DNA of 64,000 nt from Eledone cirrhosa (lineage: Eukaryota): positions 77,686,001 through 77,750,000 of the forward strand of contig OZ024743.1 of assembly GCA_964016885.1 (NCBI GenBank), read 5' to 3'. The position numbers and the translations under genes were made by a program. Position 1 is the stretch's first letter. Every line of letters begins with the position of its first letter. Under the pieces are notes generated by a model. It had not been told where the DNA came from and did no database searches. It saw only the letters and a program-made list of their open reading frames with translations. Shown in pieces: positions 54,036-64,000 of the stretch.

Positions 54036-54110
54036 CAGATAATGGACTTCTGCAACCAAATAGTTCTCTGAACCAGCAGGAACTCGGAGGAATGGAGTTA
54101 GATAATAGAG
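54036..54110 (+). CDS. Exon F: cytoplasmic, paralogous to exon E
   Basis: tttgtttcagcag NAGNAG acceptor (start 54036 or 54039), gtaagt donor, phase 1-1: [23 protein letters not shown]. Confidence 0.7.
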
Positions 54111-54434
54111 GTAAGTATCAAAAATGTTATAATGTTCTATCAAATTTGAAGTGTATATGGCTGTGTATATATAAATATATATGCAGAGGTTATATTTAAT
54201 TTGTTGGTATTCAACAAGCTTTAAAATGTTATCACTAACCAGGAAGCTCCAACCGTTAAGGTTGTCTTTTTTTCTGGCTATGTGAATATTTATTTCTAAA
54301 ACAAATCTGTATTTTATCTGATGAAAGCGCACCAAAATATGCCTTGGTTGCCCTTGAAATATGTATAATAAAATAAATATGGTTTTATAAATATAGTTTC
54401 CATTTATTAATATATTGTATAAAAATATATATAT

Positions 54435-54466
<32 letters not shown>

Positions 54467-54489
54467 TGTATGTATGTATGTATGTTATC

Positions 54490-55890
54490 TCTTTCTCTTA
54501 ATTTCGAGTATATTTTTTTTTTGACCGGCCACCTTCCAGTTGGCAAGGTTGTAAAAGAAACGAAATTGTCATCCCTTGAATTGCAAGAATGTTATGCAAA
54601 TTTTGAAGGTGCCAGCTATTGCAGCCATTTGTAGACTATGAATTAGGGAGCTGCGCTTTTTGTCCGCAAATCCAAGTTAAGTCATACTTTGGTCCAAGCG
54701 GGTTGGTATATAACCCGTAGCTCCAATAATGATGGGTATGAAGCTAAAGGTGTATCTTGGATACTGGATTTGTAAACTCCTCATCAATGGTCCGTAGATG
54801 TCCTCCTGTATTTTTCTGACAACGTTTACATCAAGTGGGCAGCTGATCTCCACAACAGAACACGTTTTCAATGTGTGGTCCCAAACAACAATATCAGGCC
54901 GGTTGTGCTTTAATTTGGTGGCAGTTTTTTTTTTCAGGTTCCACCAGTATTCCTTAGTGCCATTTGTCTCAATATATTCTTCCTCGTTTGTTGTTAATTT
55001 TGTTTTTCGAAGTGCGTTCCAGATGGTTCTAGCTATCCCATCGTGTCTCATGGGGAGGTAGTAGCGAGATGATATCCTTTCGCAGCTGGCAACAATGTGA
55101 CTTACATCCTCGATCTTTGTTTTACATAGCCTACATTTATTGTCAGCTGCTGGCCCTCCTTTTTGTGCAGCAGATATTTGGGAGGAGTTCTTGTTCCTGT
55201 ATTGCATAGAGATATCCCTCAAGGTGTGATGTCATAAACTTGTCGGAACTCCATGCCAGGCTTTTTGAGTGGTTTATCCCCTCTATGGTCTGTGTTTTAC
55301 GCCTCAAGTATCCATGCACAACTTTTTCTGTAAATTGGTCAATTTTTTTATCTTGTTTGAACATTGAATAGGATCTTCCGATTTCTCTGGGTGAGAGATT
55401 TATATCAGGCTTTATTCCATATCTCTCCTCCAGATCAGTCGCTATTCTAATGATATTTTTTTTTTTCATGTTCTTAAACCTGAGCAAGATGGTTGCCAAC
55501 CTTTTTCCTCTGTTGAAGGTGTTGCTTCAGTGTTACTATCCGGGTCTCATATGTTGTTAATATTTTAGACCCCGGCCCCTTCCTTGCGGGAGAAGTATAG
55601 CCTATCCATATCACCATTGATGTTAAAGTTCCCAGTAACACTGAGAAGTTTTTGAGTTCTAACATCCATCTCACTTAGTTCTTGCAATGACCAGTTCAGC
55701 AGGACAAATGTTGGCGTTAGAATTGGTACAGCATAAGTATTGTGGGCAATGTATTTGTTGTATGCTGACAGTTCTGATGACCATATTTTCTTTACTCTTC
55801 TGAGGTATTCAGTTCTGGTTCTCTCCTTATTTATGGGTCCATCATATCTGACATTCTCATCCTGTCCAAGATATCTGTAGTTGTCATCTC
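54490..55890 (-). mobile_element. R4/Dong-like non-LTR element fragment (Zn knuckle plus restriction-like endonuclease)
   Basis: ORF 54677-55222 CRLC...HIVASC...RHD...HNRPDIVV...VVEISCP. Confidence 0.8.
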
Positions 55891-56899
55891 TAGATTTCTA
55901 GAGGAGAGCACAGCCTCTAGACAAACAGTTCATAAAAGACATACCTCGATGATTATATATACGTCAGAACTAAGGGCAGTTAATAGTCTGTTTTTAAAGC
56001 CAGACACCAGGTGGCGTCATCTTGCTACAATAGTTTCAAGCTAATTTGTTGTTAAAATGTAAATAATTCTAAATAGACTATGAAATAAGTAATATAATTG
56101 TTTCTACTTTTGGCACAAGACCAGCAATTACCCAGTGCATTACTGGTACTTTATTTTATCGACCCCGTAAGGATGAAAGGCAAAGCTAACCTTGGCCGGA
56201 TTTGAATTCAGACCATAAAGGGCCGTAACTCTTTACTGCAAAGCATTGCGTCTGACACTCTACCGATACTGCCAATCCACCGCCCTTGAAATAAGTAATA
56301 TAATATTTCTTTATTATAACTTTAACATCTATCTTAAATTTTAAATAGTATCTAAGTGAATTAAATGTAACATAAAATGATAAAATAGGCTACAATATAT
56401 ACCTCTTTTCCTTTGAACTAATTGATTAATCCGGTAATATGATACCCTAGCCAGTTAAAACAAATAGCAACGCCAACTGCTAAATATTTTTCCACTCGTA
56501 TAATATCAACTAAAATACAATTATAAATATAAACTAAGATAAATTGGCTACGAAATTAGTAATTAAAATTTTCTTTAATAGTTACATTATAACTTCAGCA
56601 TCTTTAAATAAATATCTAAAATTTTGAAAGTTTTTCGATATAGTATCTAATTTAATCTAACATAAGTGATAAATAAATAAACTAACGGTCCATACTTGCT
56701 TTCTTTTGATCTATTTGACCAATCTGGTAACCTCATACTCTAGCCAGTTCAAAAACACCAACACCAACTGTAATATTTTTCCCACTCATATAATATCTTC
56801 TGTGACGATGTTTTTTCCTAGCATATGCTTGCCGGTCACCAAACTAAATAGCTTGTCTCAGACCGCCTGCATATCAAATGATATCTACATCTCCTGTGG

Positions 56900-56969
56900 A
56901 TTTTATCTGACGAGAACATGTTTCGACTTAAATATAAGCCATACACCTTCGAAATACGTATAATAAAAT
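56900..56969 (+). ncRNA. Hammerhead-like motif (more degenerate duplicate at 42857-42921)
   Basis: attttat-CTGACGA-gaa...ttc-GAAA-tacgta-TA-ataaaat; 7-bp stem I, palindromic stem III, weak stem II. Confidence 0.5.
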
Positions 56970-57146
56970 AAATAGGGACGGGCTAAAGTAACTGTTTTTT
57001 TTTGTTTATTATCATACACAATGTTTAAGCAGGTAATTAAAATCCTAGTCTTCAGAACATTTATATAGATACATAACTATTGACTGTGTCAGTGACATCA
57101 TATAAAAAAGTAGGAGTTGCAAAAAGATATGCTACAGGATTTACAC

Positions 57147-57180
<34 letters not shown>

Positions 57181-59169
57181 AGATATGTATCATCATCATC
57201 ATCATCACCACTGTTTTACGTACGTTCTTCCACACTAGCATGGGTTAGACGGGTTGTCCTGTTGTGGGCAGTGTCTGGTCGGCTGACCATGCCTTGCTCA
57301 TACAGGAACTGATTTGGCTTGATTTCTACAGCTGGATGCCCTTCCTAACACCAACCTCATTTACAGTGAGTGCTGGGTGCTTTTTTGTGGCACCTCCACG
57401 ACCACCTTGCGGTGGGGGGTGTGGGGGCATATTGTCTATATGCTTCAGCTTGTACCCATGGGAGGTTGGGTACTCTGTATTACTGTGTGACGCCAGAGGT
57501 CACGGTCGTTTGTCATTACCTTTGAGAGGTGCAATTGGGTAAGGTCGGCTTTTATCACCTCATCCCAGGTCATCATGGGTCTCCCCACTCCGCGGTTTCC
57601 ATCGACTTCTAGTGCTCGGCACCTTTTTATGCAGCTGTCATCCTTCATACGCATCACATGTCCATACCAGCGCAACCGCCTCTCCTGCACACAGCATTTG
57701 ATTCCTCTTATGCTCAGTCTCTCTCTCAATTCATTTATGCTTTGTCGTTCGCGTATATTACTATTACACATCCATCGGAGCATGCAGGCTTCGTTTCTCT
57801 CTAATCTACGTAAGTCTTCCACCTTCAGCGCCCAGGTCTCACTACCATGCAACATCGCTGTCCGGATACACGCATCATACAGTCTGCCTTTCATTTTGAG
57901 GGAGAAGCCTTTTGCAGCTAGCAGTGGTAGTCGTTCCCTAAACTTCTTCCATCCCGTTCTTACCCTAGTTATTGTACTTTCTGAACACCCACTTCCGCTG
58001 CTAATTCGGTCACCTAGGTAGCAGAAGCTGTCTACTGTTTCTACAGAGCCCTCCCAGCGATTAGTGGTACTTATTTCCTGTGGCTGTTTGCTGCTTGCTG
58101 TCCCAGCACAGCTGCTGCATGTGAAGCCTACATTCTTAATTAAGATTCCTGAGATCCCGCTACATCTCTTGTGTACCCATTGATTGCATTTGGGGCAGAG
58201 AATGGAGTTCCTACCTACACCTTTCCTACATACTGAGAAAGGCCAATTCCCTGAGGGGGATCTGGGTTCTGTTTTCTCGTCTACTTACAAAGACATTAGT
58301 CTGTCATGTTGTCTTTGAGACCCTTTCTTTCTAGTCCCTGCTTCCAAGTTTGGAATTTCTTCTCTAGTTCTACCATAGATTCAGCTATAAGTGCGAGGTC
58401 ATCAGCATACAGGAGTTCCCATGGGCATCCGGTCTTAAACTCCTCCATTATTGCCTACAGGACTATGATGAACAGGAGAGGGCTAAGAACAGAGCCCTGG
58501 TGGACACCAACCTGTACGCTAAATTCCTCGCTATACTCATTGCTAATCCTGACTTTGCTGACTGCTCCCCTATACATGGCTTGTACAGCTTTCACGAGCC
58601 ATTCATCTACTCCTAGTTTTCTAAGAGCCCACCAGATATATGTATATATATGTGGTTGGTGTTAGGAAGGGCATCCAGCTGTAGAAAACCCGCCAGACAG
58701 TCCTATGCGAGCAAGACAATCACTCTTGCCTCAAGTGGGAAAACTCCCGTCCAAACCCATGCAAGCGTGGAACACGGACGTTAAACGATGATGATGATGA
58801 TGATGATGATGTATGTCTATGTATGTCTATGTATAAGGGTATAAGAGGGATAAGTTGTGGTGTGCAGGAGACAAGGCTGAGATGGTATGGACATGTGATG
58901 CGCATGGAAGACGACCGCTGGGTAAAGAAGTGCCAAGAAATCCCAGTAGAAGGAAGACGCAGTAGAGGAAGACCACAAAAAACATGGGCGGAGGTGGCGA
59001 GAGTAAACCTCAGATCGCTAAGCTCACGGAGGAGATGACGAAGGACCATGACAAGTGGAGAGATGCTGTACCCGTCTTCATATCTTTGATTGCCTTACTT
59101 ATTATACTACCCTCGACTAACACTGCTGGTCCCTCTATTGGGTCGATGTATATATATATATATATATGT

Positions 59170-59587
59170 ATTAAGAGAGTAAAACAAAGAATCCTTTAAT
59201 ACATCAAAAGTTTTTATTAGCCAACAATGTTTCGTCCTATTAAGGACTCATCAGGGCAATCAAAACAACAAGAGGTAATTTCGGCAGATACAAGCCAGAA
59301 ACTCTGAAGAATATGGAGTTTACATACACTAATGTCTTACAAAGATATACGATAATAAAAATGAAGATAAAAATAATAAAATTATAATAACTAAGGATGT
59401 AGATAACATTAAGAACCATATTACAAATATAGTCCAAAGTCACCAACTTAAATCTAAACAAATTTGGTTATATAGAGCAGGAATTATATATAACACAGTA
59501 TAATACATTATAATAATAATATATCTATACCAACACTGAAATTCCAAATCAAAAATCAAAAGGTACAATATATACATGTATATATGT

Positions 59588-59621
<34 letters not shown>

Positions 59622-62600
59622 TACAATACACATATCTATTTTCTATTACACAGAAATTAAGCCCTATTGGAAGTTTGAACATCAAAAATATCAAAAATAA
59701 GCATGGTAATAGTGAAAATAATGCTAATACATCTACCCAATATACATGAGGCAATAATTACAAGAAACACTTATAATAAATAATAAACAACAAAATTATA
59801 TAATACAATACAATATAATAAAGTAGAATATATATAATCTCCGGTTAATTTACAGAAACAATATAGATGTTACAGTGAAATACAATGATAAGTTGTTAAC
59901 ATTATATTAACAATTACCATAATCAATATGTACAACATGATTCATACTGGGTTACATAATAAATGGGGAAATATCAATCATATAATATAATACAATAATA
60001 CTCAAAAAAACTATATTGGTACAGGGAACAATTATGATGTTACAGAAAAAATATGTTGTTACAGAAAAAATATAGACATCTAACATGATATGTAAAGTCT
60101 AAATACCATAATGTTACATATTACAATATTAAAATATTAAAATATTAAAATATTAAAAAAATATAAAGTTTAACTATCTTAATGTTATATATAATAAACG
60201 GTAAGTAATAAGGATCTATTTCATAATGTAATATATTTTAAAAATTGGCATATAATATATAAATAAATACTTATAATTTCAAGGTTAGTAGACAGACATG
60301 TGTGGATGAGTGAACGAAGCCAGACAGTGAGTAGTAAATAAAACAGATAAATACAATCAACCGGAAATTACAAAACAAAGCAAATGTATACACACTTAGG
60401 CCTCGCGTGCATTAAGAAATTTGGTAAACACCAAGGAAAACGATCATTTTAAATGACTCCAAACCCTATCTGATAAATTAATATTAAAAATATCAAACCC
60501 GTCCGATAAGGTAGTATAAAATTAGCTATAGTCTAAGTCATTAAAGTATATAAACTTTTAATATAAACTATAAGATATAATGCGCTAGAGAGGTAGAATT
60601 CTTAAACCTAATATGTTTGGCTGGATCTTGTTCTAGTAATGTTGCTCCTACTGATCCTATCATTGGCCTTAATCCTCTTGTAGGGATTCTGGACAACAGT
60701 GGATCTACTAGAGGTAGAAACTATAATAGGCATAATGTAATTATGGCTGATTCTATGAATGCGGCTTCAAATATTCCCGATAGTAACCCTAGTCTCGACG
60801 GTGGGACTTTTGATAGAGGTAGGGTCGATAAGAATAAAAATAAAAATAGAAGGCGATTGAATAGTTATTTCAACCCGCCATATAACCAGGATGTATCAAC
60901 TAATATCCCTAGGTCTTTCTTCACTATCCTGGAGAAAAATGTCCCCCCTTCTCACAAATACCATGGTATTTTTAATAAAAATGTTATTAAACTATCATTC
61001 TCTACCACCCCTAATATTAGTTCTCATTTAGCTAGCACTAATAATAGGAAGATTAGGGATGGATTCTCCTCTCTGCAGACTAATAGTCTGAATGCATCGG
61101 AAAATGCTTTACCACCAGAACAGTCCTTATCTAATAGAGGTCCTAAGTGCAATACATCACCACTCGAGCCAACCAATAACACCCGGAAGTGCAATTGTAG
61201 AGTGAGTGCTAACTGCCCTCTAAACGGTAACTGCCTTTCTAAGAACATTGTCTATGCTTGCGAGGTTATAACTAATTCCTCTAAAGGAACATATATAGGA
61301 TCTACTTCAAACACTTTTAAGACTAGGTTTAACTCTCATATCTCTAACTTCAAACATATTAGGTTTAAGAATTCTACCTCTCTAGCGCATTATATCTGGG
61401 ATCTTAAGGGAGCTTGTATACCATATAGCCTTAACTGGAGTTTAGTAGCACGATCTAACCACCTTTCTGCACATAGTAAGTTTTGTAATTTCTGTATACT
61501 TGAGACACACTCTATTATTTTCTCTAGCGTACCCTTACTGAATAGAAAGTCTGAGATATTCTCTTCTTGCCCCCATGCCATCTCTAATTCTTACTTTTAT
61601 TATAAACCCAAATGTTCTAGTAGTACAAATTGTACCCATTAGCAGATATATTCCATTACTTAGTTTTTTGTTTGGGTTCTTTTGTTTGCCAGCATTAATG
61701 TTATCATTGGTTTTTGATGACTCTTCATTCTAGATCTCATAATCATTTGGCCACTGTACCATATCTATGTCTTCACTATTACACCTTGTTAGTATACATA
61801 AGATTACACACGTTATTATCTTTATATATTCTTTTATTATCATTAACTTTAATTTTTAATTTTAACTTTATTTTTATTTTTAATTCTATTTATATTTTTA
61901 TTTCTAAGTCTATTCTGATTTATCTATCGATCCCCCCCCCCCATGCACGCATAAACTTATTGTCAACCCCTCTAGATTGAATATGATTATATTAAACCCC
62001 CCCCTCTTTTATGCTCTGTTCTATTATTTATTATAGTATATCGAATATATTTTATGCCACTTTGCACCCTCCATATATTTTGTCAATTCCGTCCCCATTA
62101 GCCTACCTTAACTCTACTTAAGTCAGTTTTTTAGATATCGTTGCGTGTATGATAGTGTAATTTTATTCCTTTTTGTAAACATTTGTAACGATACATTAAA
62201 GTTTATATACTTTAATGACTTAGACTATAGCTAATTTTATACTACCTTATCGGACGGGTTTGATATTTTTAATATTAATTTATCAGATAGGGTTTGGAGT
62301 CATTTAAAATGATCGTTTTCCTTGGTGTTTACCAAATTTCTTAATGCACGCGAGGCCTAAGTGTGTATACATTTGCTTTGTTTTGTAATTTCCGGTTGAT
62401 TGTATTTATCTGTTTTATTTACTACTCACTGTCTGGCTTCGTTCACTCATCCACACATGTCTGTCTACTAACCTTGAAATTATAAGTATTTATTTATATA
62501 TTATATGCCAATTTTTAAAATATATTACATTATGAAATAGATCCTTATTACTTACCGTTTATTATATATAACATTAAGATAGTTAAACTTTATATTTTTT

Positions 62601-63134
62601 TAATATTTTAATATTTTAATATTTTAATATTGTAATATGTAACATTATGGTATTTAGACTTTACATATCATGTTAGATGTCTATATTTTTTCTGTAACAA
62701 CATATTTTTTCTGTAACATCATAATTGTTCCCTGTACCAATATAGTTTTTTTGAGTATTATTGTATTATATTATATGATTGATATTTCCCCATTTATTAT
62801 GTAACCCAGTATGAATCATGTTGTACATATTGATTATGGTAATTGTTAATATAATGTTAACAACTTATCATTGTATTTCACTGTAACATCTATATTGTTT
62901 CTGTAAATTAACCGGAGATTATATATATTCTACTTTATTATATTGTATTGTATTATATAATTTTGTTGTTTATTATTTATTATAAGTGTTTCTTGTAATT
63001 ATTGCCTCATGTATATTGGGTAGATGTATTAGCATTATTTTCACTATTACCATGCTTATTTTTGATATTTTTGATGTTCAAACTTCCAATAGGGCTTAAT
63101 TTCTGTGTAATAGAAAATAGATATGTGTATTGTA

Positions 63135-63168
<34 letters not shown>

Positions 63169-63689
63169 ACATATATACATGTATATATTGTACCTTTTGA
63201 TTTTTGATTTGGAATTTCAGTGTTGGTATAGATATATTATTATTATAATGTATTATACTGTGTTATATATAATTCCTGCTCTATATAACCAAATTTGTTT
63301 AGATTTAAGTTGGTGACTTTGGACTATATTTGTAATATGGTTCTTAATGTTATCTACATCATTAGTTATTATAATTTTATTATTTTTATCTTCATTTTTA
63401 TTATCGTATATCTTTGTAAGACATTAGTGTATGTAAACTCCATATTCTTCAGAGTTTCTGGCTTGTATCTGCCGAAATTACCTCTTGTTGTTTTGATTGC
63501 CCTGATGAGTCCTTAATAGGATGAAACATTGTCGGCTAATAAAAACTTTTGATGTATTAAAGGATTCTTTGTTTTACTCTCTTAATTTTTCGGCTCTGTT
63601 TAACTGCATTGAGCTATACCTTTTACTGTCATTTCTATAATACGAAGAGGGTGTTTGACTCAAACACGCTCCAGTATTCTAATCCTTAT
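59170..63689 (+). mobile_element. Fold-back Penelope-like element, copy 2
   Basis: Arms 59170-60560 and 62194-63586; HHRs at ~59220-59257 (minus) and 63499-63536 (plus). Confidence 0.88.
60617..61642 (+). CDS. PLE-type GIY-YIG endonuclease, copy 2
   Basis: Identical to 50506-51531 except RLNTY>RLNSY. Confidence 0.85.
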   Translation: MAGSCSSNVAPTDPIIGLNPLVGILDNSGSTRGRNYNRHNVIMADSMNAASNIPDSNPSLDGGTFDRGRVDKNKNKNRRRLNSYFNPPYNQDVSTNIPRSFFTILEKNVPPSHKYHGIFNKNVIKLSFSTTPNISSHLASTNNRKIRDGFSSLQTNSLNASENALPPEQSLSNRGPKCNTSPLEPTNNTRKCNCRVSANCPLNGNCLSKNIVYACEVITNSSKGTYIGSTSNTFKTRFNSHISNFKHIRFKNSTSLAHYIWDLKGACIPYSLNWSLVARSNHLSAHSKFCNFCILETHSIIFSSVPLLNRKSEIFSSCPHAISNSYFYYKPKCSSSTNCTH

Positions 63690-64000
63690 ATATATATGTA
63701 TGTATGTATGTATGTATCTCTATGTATATATATATATATGTATGTATGTATGTATCTCTATGTATATATATATATATGTATGTATGTATCTCTATGTATA
63801 TATATATATATATGTATGTATGTATGTATCTCTATGTATATATATATATATATGTATGTATGTATGTATCTCTATGTATATATATATATATATGTATGTA
63901 TGTATGTATCTCTGTATATATATATATATATGTATGTATGTATGTATCTCTATGTATGTATGCATCTCTATGTATGTATATATATATATATATATATATG

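Larger units (their letters stand above)
55921..64000 (+). repeat. Tandem segmental duplicate of 41875-43105 plus ~47060-53900
   Basis: Offset is 14046 for the first block and 10111 for the PLE block; the difference is about the size of the Gypsy element present only in copy 1. Confidence 0.88.

Overview
This is AT-rich, microsatellite-dense animal genomic DNA; the repeat complement suggests an octopus or other coleoid cephalopod, which is an inference. About 85-90% of the window (by eye) is decayed transposable elements: several RTE-clade LINE families, a CR1-like LINE, an R4/Dong-like RLE element, a Gypsy LTR element, tRNA-derived SINEs, a mariner-type MITE and Penelope-like elements (PLEs). 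Two things are not visible in the ORF track. (1) Six short phase-compatible + strand exons (11954-54110) splice into a Cys-rich single-pass membrane protein. Its stalk and transmembrane helix are built from 12-bp minisatellites, and its cytoplasmic exons appear to be multiplied by tandem duplication. (2) At least seven distinct element types carry type I hammerhead ribozymes (HHRs), mostly sit in (TA)n tracts, and often form fold-back structures. These include a 4.4-kb element with 1.4-kb inverted arms, an HHR near each outer end and only a GIY-YIG endonuclease ORF with no RT (two copies). They also include a 591-bp tandem retrozyme-like repeat whose HHR has a compensatory U3-A8 core. All HHR folds were derived by hand and have not been tested for activity.
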